64,000 nt of DNA from the human T2T-CHM13v2.0 reference genome, Homo sapiens. The translations under genes were made by a program, and so were the position numbers. Shown here one piece after another: positions 1 to 16,712 of this stretch; within the stretch, counting starts at the first letter, position 1; every line of letters begins with the position of its first letter. The notes beneath the pieces are model-generated. The model was given only the letters and a program-made list of their open reading frames with translations. It searched no databases and was not told where the DNA came from. Location: the NCBI RefSeq assembly GCF_009914755.1, contig NC_060928.1, one strand, 5' to 3'.

Positions 1-79
1 AGCATAGAACCACGCTAGCTGGGGCTCTGGCTGGGAGGAGATGCTAGTCATTCTCTCCCCATGCACAAATGGTTTATAG

Positions 80-272
80 CTATGTGGTCCAATATGGTAC
101 CTGCTAGCCACATGTGGCTATTTAAATTTAGTTAAAATGGAATAAAAGTTAAACTTAGTTCTTCGCACTACCCGTATTTCAAGTGTTCAAATGTGGCTCA
201 TGGCTACCATATTGGATAGCACAGAATCCAAACATTTCCATTGTCACAGACAGTTCTATTGGACGGTGCTGG
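80..272 (-). mobile_element. MER3/MER33-like hAT-Charlie DNA transposon remnant
   Basis: Characteristic ctagccacatgtggcta, tggctaccatattgga and agttctattggac segments. Confidence 0.65.
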
Positions 273-441
273 TATAACTTGTACCACTTCTGTTACACAA
301 AAGGGAGAGACAGAGGGAAAATACCAAGCTCACCACTCCAGTAGCACAGGAAGAGAGAAGACCGCAAGACCTACCCATGCTTTCTGCCGTTGAATGTGCT
401 ATGAACTCCAGTTCCCAAAGGTGGCCCATGTAACACCCTAG

Positions 442-813
<372 letters not shown>

Positions 814-1396
814 TAACCCATTTGAATACTTGATGTATGTCAATATTTTCTTCACTTTTAAAATAATCTTATCCCTCAAATTTCCTGCAACATCTAGCAT
901 TTTATTTCATAGTCAATACAGTTAAAGGTGATATTCAAAGCAAATAATAATAGTGGAGGCACTATCACTGCAGGACCAAATAGCACAGACTCGGGGATCA
1001 GACTATCCCGGGCTCAGTCCTCTGTAGTAACACCTGCCTACTGAATCAACCACAGATTGACGAGCTACACAATTCCTTGGTGCCATCCTGGCAGGCTGCA
1101 GCACTTAATAAGCAGTAGTTTTTATTATAATATTGAGACCTAGTATCAGAGAACTTTAACATATCAGGTTATTTATAATTCACTGGATTAATTTAAGCTT
1201 TATTTTAAAGAAAACTAAATTCAGGTAATATCACAAAACTGAATATTATTCCTTTAAACATGAATCTGATAAGTAAAACCTAGCTTTAATCCTTTTAATG
1301 CTGTCTCTCTGTTACCCACACATGTGAAATAGCAATGATTTTATAATTTAGAGGTCTGACTTATAACTGGAATTCAATTATTATAATTGAATAACA

Positions 1397-1696
<300 letters not shown>

Positions 1697-1740
1697 CTAA
1701 CAGTGGGAGTTTTTAAAATAAAGATGAATTTAACTCTTAA

Positions 1741-1833
<93 letters not shown>

Positions 1834-2134
1834 TAAGTGTGCATCACGTCACTCAGTCTCACTGATTTCTCCCGACACAGGCCTTTCATTCTACCTCTTT
1901 TCTTCCGAAGCGTTCTTCTATTTGTGTTCCTAAGGATCTCTAAAGACTCAAATTGTCTTCTGGGAAGAACCTCCTGTGACCTTTGAGAATATTATCTTTA
2001 AAGAGGATCTTGCATGAGACTGAATAGTTCTGATTCTCAAATTGCATGGTGGACATGTGTTAAGAGGTGTAGACAGAAAGTTGTTGTCTTTCTCATTAGA
2101 GTAACCCAAAGCTAAAGGAATGTTATATATTTAA

Positions 2135-2275
<141 letters not shown>

Positions 2276-3325
2276 TTGGCACGTGCAGGTGAGTGGCAGA
2301 GCGCCCACGCACCTTCTGGGCGCAAGGGCCCACAGCGTGCACGCAGCTTTTCACTGTGTATCAGCATCAACTCCTTTCAGTGCACCATGGAACTTGCCAG
2401 ATTTGAACAATCTGACAACCACCTTTTGATGTATTTTTTTTAATGCTAAAATGCAGGTATTATCATCTCCATAATGACAAAGGTTGTTTAGCCAAGCAGT
2501 ATGATTCTGACTAGACCAGATTTTGTCAAATCTCACAGGGGTCTTTTTAATCACTCCATTAAAACTAGAGCCAGCTAATAAAAGTATTTTTTTTTAGGGT
2601 CTGTGATATAATTCAGGAGAATATATTGTAAAAATGTTGGCTTCCAGAGATTTGGAAATAATCTCCATTTCTTTTTCTTTCCAAGTCCCATTTTTGTCAC
2701 GTGGAAGCTACACATATTCCTTCTACTTCATTCCATTGGAAGCACTTACTCGTGGCCACACATACTGCGGAGGAAGGCAGGGAAATGTAGTCTTTAATTG
2801 AGAAGCCAAAAGCCGTGCCAAAACTCAGGATATTCTTTTACCAAAGGGAAAGGTGAAAGTAATTCATCTCTGACACAGCATCTCACACTTAGCCTGGTTA
2901 GATAGGAGTCGAGATGTCCCTCCACAACCTCTCTCTGTTTTCCCTTCCTCAGGAAGCGGCAGCTCCAGCCAACCAGTTGGACAGGACAGAAACCTACATA
3001 TTATCTAGATACCTCTCACCCTCAGCCCCCATGAGCAAGGGCTCTCAGGCTATCTCCAGTATATCTGGTTCGTGGTTCTCTTGGCTTTTTATTGCACCTG
3101 CAAAAACAAAGAGCCTCCAAGTCTGTCCATGAACAGGCCCAGCCTCCTCCTCCTGCCTCAGGTCTGATTACTCACCATGTTGCAGCCCCACTGGCCTTCT
3201 TGCCCTTCCCTGGCCACTCCAAAATGTTTTCCACAGAAGTTGCACCCTCTTACATTCCCACCATCAGCACACAAGCGTTCGTCTCTCCATTCCACATCCC
3301 TGCCAACAGCTGCTGTCTGCCTTAC

Positions 3326-3625
3326 TTTTTTTTTTTTTTTTTTTGAGACAGTCTTGCTCTATTGCCCAGGCTAGAGTACAGTGGCATGATCTCGGCTTAC
3401 TGCAACCTCTGCCTCCCAGATTCTAGTGATTCTCGTGCCTCAGGCTCCCTGAGTAGCTAGGACTACAGGCGTGTGCCACCACGCTCGGCTAACTTTTGTA
3501 TTTTTAGTGGAGACGGGGTTTCACCATGTTGGCCAGGCTGGTTTCCAACTCCTGACTTCATGCGATTCGCCGGCCTCAGCCTCCCAAAGTGCTGGGATTA
3601 CAGGCATGAGCCGCCACACCCAGCC
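3326..3625 (-). mobile_element. Alu (S-type)
   Basis: Poly-T followed by antisense Alu consensus. Confidence 0.9.
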
Positions 3626-3739
3626 GGGTGTTTGTCTTTTTATTGTTCAGTTCTAAGAGTTCTTTATATGTTCTAGATACAAGTTCTATATCATGTATAT
3701 GATTTGGAAGTATTTTTTTGTGGGTTTTTTTCCCTTTTC

Positions 3740-3896
<157 letters not shown>

Positions 3897-3994
3897 TAGC
3901 ATCTTTGATGCACAAGTATTTTATTTTGATGAAGTCCAATTTATCTGTTTGATTTTCACCCCCTTTGGTTGCTTATGCTTTTGGTATTGTATCA

Positions 3995-4428
<434 letters not shown>

Positions 4429-4829
4429 CAGTGCCTACTCCAAGGTCATGAAGATTTACACCTGTTTCCTTCTAGGAGTTTTATAGTCATTACTCTTATA
4501 TTTAGGTCTTTGATCCACTTAGTTTTTGTGTCTGGTGTGAGATAGGGATGCAGCTTCCTTCTTTTGCATGTAGCTATCCAGCTGACCCGGCAGAATTTGC
4601 TGAAAAGACAAATTTTCCTCATTGACACTGGATTATTGTCTATTTGAGATGTAAGTTTTTTATGTATGTATTCTAGATACAAGTTCTTTGTCAGATATAT
4701 TTTGCAAATATCACACTCTGTGGCTTCCCATTTCTTTTTCTGAATGGTATCTTTTGATGAGGTTTTGATTTTGATGAATTATAATTTGTTAAATTTTAAA
4801 TTTTTTGGTTATTGCCTTCTTTGTCCTAA

Positions 4830-4836
4830 ATATATA

Positions 4837-4896
<60 letters not shown>
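4830..4896. repeat. Compound (TA)n(TG)n(TA)n(GA)n microsatellite
   Basis: Directly visible. Confidence 0.95.
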
Positions 4897-4901
<5 letters not shown>

Positions 4902-5275
4902 TACTAACAAGTCAGGAACATATTTTTCTGTTTTCTTCTAGAAGCTCTAGATCTGCAATTTATCTTGAAATGATTTTTGTTTCCAGTGTGAGGAGGGGTT
5001 GGGTTTTCTTCCCCTCAACTGGATATAAAATGTGGGCCTATTTCTGGACCCTCTCTTCTTTGCCGTTGACGTGTTTTTCCCTTGTTTTAATACTACACTA
5101 TCTTCATTACTGTGGCTTTATAGACTCTCTTAAAGTCAGGTACTGTGGATCCTCCAATGTGTTATTTTTTTTTCCAAGATTGTTTTGGCTGTTATTCTTT
5201 TTATCTTTGTAGACAATTTTAGAATCAGTTTCTCAAATTCTGTTTTAGAAACCTGCTCAAATTATGATTGGGGCT

Positions 5276-5901
5276 TGTATTAATTTTGTTGCTGTATAAC
5301 AAATTATCACAAATTTAGCATCTTAAAACAACACACATTTATTATCTCACAATTTCTATGGTTATGGGTCAGTAGTCTAGGTATGGCTTAGCTGGGTCTT
5401 CTCAGGGTCTCTCAAGGCGATAATCATCGTGTTGACTGGAGCTGAAATCTTATCCGAAGTCTTTTTCTAGTCTATTTGTTAGGTTTTGTTTTCTTTGGCG
5501 GGGGGAGGATTCTGATCTTTATGGTCAGAGGACTGAAGCCCTTAGCTCCTACAGGCAGTTTCCTGACACGTGACCCTCCCCACAACATGAAACTGCTTCA
5601 AGTCCAGTGTAAGAGCATCTCTCATATTTACAATCTCTCCCTTCAGGTAAAGTCTGGACCCTATTATAAAGGGCTCACCTGATGAAGCCCACAACAAACT
5701 CTCTTTTGATTTGGAGTCCATTGATTGGGACCTTAACTACATCTGCAAAATTCCTTCATCTCTATCATATAATTAAATCTAATATGGTTATTATCACATC
5801 ATATCACAAGCCCTGCCCACACTCAAGAGGAAGGTATTACATAGGATAAGTATCACTGGTGTGGGAAATTTAGGGACCATCCTAGAATTCTGCCTATCAC
5901 A
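5276..5901 (-). mobile_element. MLT1-family MaLR solo LTR
   Basis: tgtattaatttt...ttaaaacaacacacatttattatctcaca start and gaattctgcctatcaca end. Confidence 0.75.
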
Positions 5902-6030
5902 ACAGTTAACATTGATTCTGTAGATCATTTTGAGAACTGACATCTTTAACAGCAGTCTGCCAATCTATGAATATGGTATATCTCTACATTTATTTAGATC
6001 TTTTTCAATTCCTCATCACTGTTTTGCAGG

Positions 6031-6343
<313 letters not shown>

Positions 6344-7963
6344 TGAATAAAGAAGTCTTTCGTGTCTTTTGTTAAATTTATTTCTAAATAATTTGGGGAG
6401 ATTTTAATACTCAATGAAATTTAGTTTTTCATTTTCTAATTGATTACGTAGGAAAGTGCAATTAATTTTTATATATTGACCTTGCATCCTATAACCTTTC
6501 TAAATTGACTTATGTCTAGTAGTTGTACTGTAGAATCCTTAAGATTTTCTGCGTAAAGTCATCTACAAATAGACAAAAAATTTACTTATCTTTCCAATCT
6601 TTATAACTTTTATTTTTCTTCTCATACACACTGGCTAGGACCTCCTCTGCAATGTTGTATAATATTAGAGTCAACATCCTTGTCTTGTTCTCAGTGTTGG
6701 AAGAAGGCATTTAGTATTTCACTATTGTGATGTAAGATTTTTCAGAGAGGTCTCCTAACAAATTGTGGAAGTTTCCTTCTAGTTTACTATGTGACAAATT
6801 TTGTCAAATGCTTTTTCTCTATCAATTGAGATGATATGGTTTTTTCTCTTTAATCCATTTATATGGTAAGGTATATTGATTTTCAATGTTAAAGCCAACT
6901 TTTACTCTGGAGATAAACTCACTTGATCATGATGTATTATCCTATTGCTGGATTATTTTGCTAATATTGAGAATATTGTGTCTGTGTTCATGGGGGATAC
7001 TGGTCTACAATTTTCCTCTGTTGTGTTTTTTTTTCAAGTGTTATTATCAGGCTGAATTTAGGTCTACAATTTTGTTACTTGTTTTTTATTTGTCCTATCC
7101 ACTTTTTGTTCAGTTCCTCTTGTCTTGCCTTCTATTTGACTAAATATTTTTTCGTATTTCATTTGATTCTTCTATTGACTTTTTACCTATGTTTTTACAA
7201 AATTTTGTACTTGATTAATATCCTATTATATATATACACACACACACAAATATACATATGTACACATTATAAATCCTGTAATACAATGATATAATTTTTC
7301 TTTAGTTGTGTCTTTTTAAAGGAAATTATAAAGAAAAAAATACAATGTAGCTTTACATTTACCCACATTTATAATTTCCATGTTATTCTTGCCTGAATCC
7401 AAGTTTCCATATGGTATTATTTCCTTTCAGCCTGAAGTACTTCCTTTGACATTTCTTACATGTGCAGGTTTGCTGGTGACTTCTTCTCTGTCTTTATTTT
7501 CCTTCATTTTTGAGGATATTTTCGCTTGATATGGAATTCTGAGGTTTTCTTAAAGCACTTTCACGATTGTCTCCAGTATCAAACTTCATTGTTCCCCTGC
7601 ATTTACTGGTTTCTTTCTGGCTACATTCAAGGAATTCTCTATTTTTGGTTTCCAGAATTTTGACTATACTTGCCTGGGTGTGGTTTTTAAATTTTTTTAA
7701 CTTGGGATTTTCTAGAATTCTCGAATCTGTATGTTTATATTTTTCCCTCAATTGGGACATTTTGAGACATTATTTCTTCAATCACTTTTTCTATCCCTTT
7801 CTGTCTTCTCATTCTGGAACTCCAGTAATATCTGTGTTTGACTACTTGATGTCAAGGTCACTAAAGTTCTTTCCTCTGTCATCTTTTTTTTCTGTTCATA
7901 TTGGATAATTAGTTTTGATCTATATTCTAGTTCACTGACCTTTCTTCTAAGTAAGTAAAAAAA

Positions 7964-8273
7964 ATTTTTTTTTTTTTTTTTTTTTTTTTGAGACAGGATC
8001 TCACTCTGCTGCCTGGGCTGGGGTGCAGTGCCACAATCATCGTTCACTGCAGCCTCAAACTCCTGGGCTCAAATGATCTTCCTGCCTCAGCCTTGCAAGT
8101 AGCTATGACTACAGGCATGTGCCACCATACCCAGCTTTTTTTTTTCTTTTTTTTAGACATGGGGTCTCACTATGTTGCCCAGGCTGGTCTTGAACTCCTG
8201 GACTCAAGTGATCCTCCCACCTCAGCCTCCCAAAGAAGTGTTGGGATTACAGCTGTGAACCACCATTCCTGGC
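7964..8273 (-). mobile_element. AluJ
   Basis: Poly-T plus antisense diverged Alu. Confidence 0.85.
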
Positions 8274-8537
8274 TTTCTAAAAAAAAAAAAAAAAAAAAAA
8301 ATTCAGATTTTGTCCCAAGTTTATAACTGTTATCTATGGGAAAATTAAACTGCAAGTGGAACCTTGTATTTTTAAAAAACATCCACAGAATCTCTCCAAA
8401 CACTATCAATCAATCATGGCATTAGATTATGCTTTATACAAAACTTCAAGTAACCAGACCATGGTACATCATAGCTCCTTGCAGATATGTCTTCATTGAG
8501 TTATGATTATGCACTATCCTTCAGAAACGTCACTATA

Positions 8538-8712
8538 GCCAGGCGCAGAACCTGTGGCCATAGTCGCAGCTACTCAGGAGGCTGAGGCATGAGGATCACT
8601 TGAGCCCAGGAGCTCAGGGCTCTAGGAGACTATAATCATGCCTATGAACAGCCACTGTACTCCAGCCTGGGCAATGTAACAAGACCCCATCATCTCCTAG
8701 GAAAAAAAAAAA
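8538..8712 (+). mobile_element. Alu right monomer (FRAM/AluJ)
   Basis: gctactcaggaggctgaggc...ccagcctgggcaa plus A tail. Confidence 0.75.
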
Positions 8713-9120
8713 GACACACACAAAGTCACTGTAAGCATCCTTATACAGTGAATACTGGTTGAAGCTGTTGTTCACTGGCGTTTAGACAAATATAACTGTT
8801 TAATTTCAGGAAAATTTTTTCTCTACAAATTGCTGAGCACTTTGCATTTGTTCTTCCCAGTGAGATGGCTGTTATCATCAGCATCCTTACTTCATTACAA
8901 AGGCTCAAGAGCTTACCCACACAATTTTAGTCAGTTGGCAAGGCTAATACTGAAACTTGATGCGGATTACAGTCTAGAGATTTCTAACTTGAATGTTTCC
9001 TGTTCCACATTCTAGAAACAGGCAAAAAAAAATTCTTTTTAGTATGTTTGGCTTTATTACTAAATGCCAGCCATTACTTGAAACCCTTCTAGAGGCATGT
9101 GTTCTGTTTGTCCTTTCTAG

Positions 9121-9450
9121 ATACAATGCTCCTGAGAAGACAGCATTTTCCACAGGAGGCTGTTTCCTCCCCTGGTGGATTTAAGAGACGGTCCTTTCTG
9201 GATACAGAGAAATGAAACAACGGTGACCTCTCCAGGTCGGCACTTTCCACTTCTGTACGGTGGCAAAACGATGACATGTAACCTTGCTGTTTATTGTACT
9301 TTGTATATTATTTCCTCTTCAAAGTCTTTCTTACACACTCTATCCTCTGCACTGTTAATAGTAACCTATGACATAATTGTAAATATTCAGCTTTTTGCTA
9401 ACTTTTGTATTTTGAAAAACTTTAAAATAAAATTGTTGACTAGATATCTG
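9121..9450 (+). other. WDR19: WDR19 terminal non-coding exon (3'UTR)
   Basis: Strong gttctgtttgtcctttctag acceptor at 9119-9120, unique sequence, AATAAA at 9426; partner for the donor at 2289; 3' end approximate. Confidence 0.75.
9426..9431 (+). terminator. WDR19: WDR19 polyadenylation signal AATAAA
   Basis: AATAAA followed by GT/T-rich sequence. Confidence 0.75.
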
Positions 9451-11079
9451 TGACGTTTTTCTGGATTTGGAGACAGAAAAAGAGATAAAGGTAGTTCTGA
9501 AGGACATTGTCAAGTTTGAACACAGATGTGAATGGTGTAAAAAGCTTGAAATGAAAAGCTGTTGTTTACACAAATCACAGCTATTAAGCAGAATCAGCCC
9601 AGAAGCAAAACATCAAAAATTAGGAAAACCAATCTTGTAAAGAATGAATGAAACTATCAGCTTATACCTATCTGCCGAGTCATTCTACTGCATACTACAG
9701 AATTCCCGTCACAAAATTAAGTCATTTGACTTCCCCTGAAAACATACATTGTTTGGAATCATCTTCTCTGAGGCTGTGTGAAGGTTCTTTTTCCCCATAT
9801 CACACATACAACACACACCATCTGTACACACACACACACTCTCTCTTGCTCCAAGGGAGTCCATACTTCTTCTTTTCCCACATCAGTATATGCTTCCTTG
9901 CCATCCAAGGCCAGTCACCAAAGTCTGAGCAGCTGACAGAAATGAGTCAGGGAGTCAACTGTGAATGAATCCGATGATATTATTTTACAGTATGGCCCCA
10001 GCAACCTGAGCATTACAGTGGTACCCAGGGGCCTAAGCTAGGGCCCAAGGTGCCAGTAATGTTGTATAGCATCCAAGTATCCCAACTGCATGATGCCTCC
10101 AGCTTCAGGACCTGTCCTTCCCTCCCAGTGGCCGGCCAGAGAACAGGCCAGAGGCCTTGGCCTTACTAAGTGGTACAAAGTTATTATCATCATAAAACCT
10201 ACCCACAGTCCCCTGCTTCCTCTAATATGCCTGGAGGTATACTGTAAGGCTGTAGGAATAAGAACCACAGGCACCTGGGACTGTGAGAGTGGGCAAATAA
10301 TTCTTAGGAGTTACAGGCCTTAGACCTTCACCATGAGCATACTCATACTGGAGCTTGTTTAGGAAGCTACTCATCCTAGTACAAATAATCTACCCCATCA
10401 GTAACTTTAAGAGATCAAATCATGGTGGTGCTACAAACTGCCAACATTTAACAAGATGAAGGCTAAAGCTGAATGGTGTGTAAGTAACAAAATGGCCGTG
10501 ACTCAATGGATCTCGAAAAGAGTAAGTATACAGTTTTATGCTGCAAAGATGGCATGTGCCATCAAGTGGCTCCAAAAGGCCACATCATCGGTGGCTCCAA
10601 TGAAGACTCAACCCCAATACAGACCATTCAGATTCACATCCAAACTGCTGCAGAACCACCAACTGCCTCCTACCATGAATCTCACTCATTCACCTCATGG
10701 TCACGAGGGCTTCAAAGAGGAATCAGACCTATGCCATCCTCATAAAGGGCATATTTACAATTTCTAATTCTAAAAGAAATGCTATTAATTTTACACACAT
10801 ATTATCCCAATCTTGGGTTTAAAACATTTAAAATTACAAACAAAATCATAATGAACAAGTGAAGGACACTATGCCGCATCCTGGCTGCATGGAGATTCAA
10901 GTCTCTCTCCTGGGGGCTGCAGAAGACCTAGGGAGACGTGACTTGCATATCCAAAAGGCATAGAAATGGAAGAACATGAATAGGAAAGCCAGCCTCACCC
11001 TACTGGTGAGAAAACCTTTCCTGAAGCATAAGAATTTCAAGATGGACTTTAACAAAGACAGGGTCGTGACTCAGCAGGC

Positions 11080-12383
11080 AAGGGCTTAGGCAATGTTTTA
11101 TTTCCATAATGAATTAATCTCCATAAATGACATTTTTCACACTGGTAAATACAGTTTAAATGTCTCAAGAACTTTGTCTCATCACCCAAACAAGACTACC
11201 AGTTCCTTAAAGCAGGGAATACGATCCTTATTTTACATTCATTTTAGTATATACCTCACAGAGGTAGCACAGACCTCTGAGCATTTACCAACAAGATTAA
11301 AAAATAGCTACACATCTAAATTCCAGGCTAGGTCCATAGCCTCACGGCCACTCAACACATACAGTTATAGGAATAACCCAAACTTCCAACAGGGTTTGTG
11401 GAAGCCATCACAGGACAGGACTAGATCTCTCAGGGGCAAAGTGAACAAAAGCCAGTGTTCATTTTGTCCCCCACCATAGTGAAATTAAGAGCCTGACCCA
11501 GCCTGGTTCCTACTGGTCTGAACCTGATGGGTTGAGACTCCAGAAGGATAAGAATGTCTGAGAATCTTCTGCAGCCCCCCACGCTGCAAAGCCCCATAAC
11601 AGACCACTGCATGAAATCCTATTCACAGCAGAGACGTGGTCAACACACACAGAGGGAGTGAGGCTGGGAATCCGAGTTCTGACTCCTCGACTGCCAATGT
11701 TATGTTTCACACAACAGGTTAGTAAGGAATACAGTGAGCTTTTTTAATCCAATCATTTGCAAATTAATAAGGAAGTAATATACCAACATAATATTTTGCT
11801 GTACAAGATGACAATCTTAAAAAGAATTTGTACACATATCATGTGGAACATTTTTATTCCTAATTTATACTTTGAAAGATATCTGACAATGTACAAAGAA
11901 TACCCAGTTCTAGGTGGTGACTGTTTTGTATAATCATTTATTTACAAAATTTCACCACATAATAGGAACTGCCTTTAAAAAAAATCAGCATTGGTCCTAT
12001 AAAGGCCATTAGGATAAATTCTTAAGCCTACAAAAGACGCCTTAGTACTACTGCTCCCAGGCTCATTATTGTTAACTAAAATCTGACTCCAAAGCCCAGG
12101 TGTAGTTTCTAGTTCCAATTCTACAGTCATTCAGAAGCACGTCTAACTAGATTGACAGAGGACAGTGGAGGACCCAAGCAGTCCTATCAACCTCTATAAG
12201 AGGTGTACATAAGCCTACTGCTCATACCCTTCTAGCCATACCACCCTTTATTTATAATGGGACACCAGGTCATCCCATTATGCTAAAACATGGTTGCTCT
12301 GGGAAAAAACAAGGCTTTCTCTAGACCAGCTGGACTGGTCAGGAGGGAGAGTAAAAAGTGGCTGTCGCTAGTGAAAAATGGTT
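11080..12383 (-). other. RFC1: RFC1 3'UTR with several AATAAA signals (11097-11102, 11853-11858, 11937-11942, 12247-12252)
   Basis: Downstream of the RFC1 stop; tttatt hexamers on the + strand; distal end approximate. Confidence 0.7.
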
Positions 12384-12467
12384 TCATTTCTTCGAACTTT
12401 TTCCTTTTCCTTTTCTGGGCTCCTTATCTTTTTCTGGTTTTGAAGGCTTTGAAGATTTTGTCTTTTT
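12384..12467 (-). CDS. RFC1: RFC1 exon 25 CDS: KKTKSSKPSKPEKDKEPRKGKGKSSKK*
   Basis: CAG acceptor at 12468-12470, TGA at 12384-12386, recognised basic C-terminus. Confidence 0.95.
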   Translation of the reverse strand, partial: KKTKSSKPSKPEKDKEPRKGKGKSSKK

Positions 12468-13470
12468 CTGTTAGGGGGAAGATAACAAAATAGTTAATAG
12501 CTGTGTTTATGAGTAAATGAAATAAGTTCATCTCTATAACAAATCTAATCTTTACCTGCAACTTAATTAAAAAAGAAGAGAGGCTGCAAACATCGAGATC
12601 TTGAACTACTGCAACCCATGAAGCGCTTACAGCAACAACTGCGCCACTTACAGCCTTTAAAAGCTGGCAGTAAAAACTTTTAGTTTAGAATTTAGAACTA
12701 GGATCCGTTCCCCATGTAAGACAGTTTCTTGGATTTAGAACAGAGGTATACTTAGGAAAGACAAAATAAGCAAGAGGTAATTGACAAATAGGGTAATGTT
12801 TAGATGAAGAATTTCCTCTTCTTTCAGTTTCAGATTAGAGGTGTAAACAGTCATTTTGTGAAAGCAGAAGAGAGGGAGAGAGGAAGACCACCTGTTAGGG
12901 TCGACATGGGAGCCACAGTGAAGAAGGCCACTATTCCTACTCCTGCATACAGAAAACAGAAATGAAGGGCAAGAAGCACCCACACCCAGCGAAGGACAGA
13001 GGAGGATCAGATGAGGTTCCTTGGCTCAGCCAGCTGTACACAGCAGGCTGATACCACAATTGGTTTTCATCTTTCCCATCAAAAGACAAGAATGTTTTGC
13101 TCTAAGAAACTTCTACAAAGCAGTTTAGTGGCTATAGCAAAACATAAGCAACAGAAGAAACTGTTTTGTTACAAACATTTTTCTTGAAAGCATACACCAA
13201 TGGCTAGATAAATAAAAATGGTACTTTTTCTAACAGAACATATGGCCGTCAATATCATGGCCTGTTTTCTTGCTGTTTGGCTCTTCGACTACCATAAGAA
13301 ACTTTATAAAAATGAAATCTCTACCTTCTCCACCCTCAACCATGATGAACAAAAAAACTTAAGAAGTATTTTCAAGTTATTCTGCTATGTGCTGAAAAGG
13401 CCCTATTATTCACCAGGCAAGGAAAGATCATCTATTTTGAGGTTCTCCTGTCTGTGGCTTAAAATACTAC

Positions 13471-13662
13471 CTTGATCATGGCATCAGTTTCTATAGCATC
13501 TTGGTCTTTCTCATCAGATTGAGAGTCATCTTCATTTAATTCTTCATTGTATTCCGAATCCAGGGATGGGCTTGTGCTGTGTCTAGATGCCTTTATAGCT
13601 TGAAGTGAGTATGGAGTAAGGTGGGCTTCCTTATTGTAAGCTCTTGTGAAGGCTGCTTTCAC
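13471..13662 (-). CDS. RFC1: RFC1 exon 24: VKAAFTRAYNK...ETDAMIK
   Basis: 192 nt, TAG/GT boundaries, RFC1 C-terminal domain. Confidence 0.95.
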
Positions 13663-13878
13663 CTATATGAAAGGAGTAGATGGAGTTTTTAAAAATCTAA
13701 GTCCCAAACAATTCTTTTAAACTCTGTAAGCCTAAAGAGACCCTGGGAGCCCCCTGCAACTGTTTGCAAAGTATTTATGTATATACATGTAAATCTAAGT
13801 ACGTGCATTTTTCTGTGGATAAGTTCCATATTTTTCATAACATTCTTAATAGAGCCCATGACAAAAAAGACTGAAGGT

Positions 13879-14009
13879 GGGGCACAGTGGCTCATGCTTC
13901 TCCATGAGAATCTTGAACCCAGGAGGTGGAGGTTGCAGTGAGCTGAGATTGCGCCACTGCACTCCAGGCTGGGTAACAGAGTGAGATTCTGTCTAAAAAA
14001 AAAAAAAAT
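13879..14009 (+). mobile_element. Internally deleted Alu
   Basis: Alu head joined directly to right-arm end plus A tail. Confidence 0.75.
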
Positions 14010-14136
14010 ACGTATATATATATTTGGGAACTTTAGGCAAACAAACAAACAAAAGGTCACTTCAAGTCATCATGTTTACCTATTCAGCATTCTCCACATT
14101 TCTACAAAGTAGTAAGCAAAGTTAATCAGTGAATCA

Positions 14137-14503
<367 letters not shown>

Positions 14504-15261
14504 CTAGATACCTTTTCCATAATAAGAGTAGTTACTTCAAAATACTAAGTAACTTGAAAGTCTTACCTTCAAGCTTCTAAACATAATTCCTGAATTAGTC
14601 CATGAATTCTAACAATGGATGTCTGCTGTGAGAATTTACTGATAACCATAAAGTCGGGTCAAAATTCTGGGGAGGGCAAACTACAGAGAATATGTCTTCT
14701 AAAACGCATTCATTACACAGGTGCAAGAGTTGGGTATTGGATGTTACATATTCATGATGTATCACTTTAGTTTTTTTCGTCTCATTATAAGAAAAGTGGG
14801 GATACATTATTACAGAGAAGATTATCCAACTGGAATAAATACTGAATCCACAGATTAGGTAGACTAAGAAAAAGAAAATTTGTACAAATCCTCAGCCAAT
14901 AAACATATTTTATTTTTACAACCCATTACCACCAGAGCTCACCGCTCAACTTTTAATTCCCTAGACTCATCCACTCATCCTTTATAAAGAATATATTTAT
15001 ATTTGCTCCTCAAATTTCACTTCTTGCTTTTCCACTGAGCATAAAGCAAAGATAAAAATACAAATTGTAAAGTCAAGCCCAGAAGTCTACTCTTAATACT
15101 GCATTCAAATAGTATCTTTGGAAAATATAGGCCATAAGAAGCAACAAGCATTTGAGGGGAAAAAGAAGTAAATCTTAAAGCATCTAAAACACCTCCGAAG
15201 TATTGTCAGTACAAACCTGGTAATAGAAAGTGACGAAGAACCAGTGAGTGACATGATTTAC

Positions 15262-15475
15262 CTTGGGATCCAGCTTTGAAAAGGGACTAGGTTTGCCACC
15301 CCAGCTGCTGATTTCCATGATATTCTCAAAGTCTTCTTTCATCAAATAATATGTGTCCATAAGTGCAACAACATCCTGTACTCCGTCTACTCCTTGTGAG
15401 GTCAAGGGCTGTACAAGTGCATCCCTTAGAAGCGACAGATAATCCATGTTTACAGTCCTTTTGCTGGAGTAAGTT
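15262..15475 (-). CDS. RFC1: RFC1 exon 23: TYSSKRTVNMDYL...FSKLDPK
   Basis: 214 nt, CAG/GTAAAT, phases consistent. Confidence 0.95.
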
Positions 15476-16136
15476 CTGAAACCACAACAAAAGAGACATA
15501 GTCAACAGCAAAGTATCAACTCAAGTCATACTGTGCATAACAGCACTGAGTTAATCAGGCAGAGTTCAATCCAATTTCAATAATGCTGAATGGAATGCCT
15601 ACTATTTGACAGCCAGCTGGTGTAGTTTAGAAAGCCCAGCACCACAGCATGAGGGTAATGGGTACACATCAATGTGCCCAAAGGAAATTTTCTACTTACC
15701 TACATCAGTGACTGAAAAACATACGTGGATTCTACTTCCACCCTACTCTTAAGGCCCAGGCAACAGAATGTTTCTTTGTGTTCATAAATATGACTCGTTC
15801 CAAGTTCCAAAATATTAAAAGCATCAGTATAAGGCAATGAAATTCCCTATCTCAAGTGTGTGAATGTGTATAACACCTTTTGGTCCCTGATTATAACACA
15901 CAAAATCATATATGAATGCTTCCCTCACATTTCCTAATACTGTTACTCTGAAATCGTCAGTTCTAGAGCCGGCTTTTCTCCAAATCTAAGAAAATTACAG
16001 AGTGTTCCCACAAAATCAAAAAGTGATCCACAGTGGCCAGAGGAAGGTTTAGGGAAACAGTCTCTGGTCTGCTGAGAACTCGAATGTTATCATAAAATGA
16101 CTCTTTCTTTCTCTCTTAAATGTTGTCACTTCTTAA

Positions 16137-16712
<576 letters not shown>

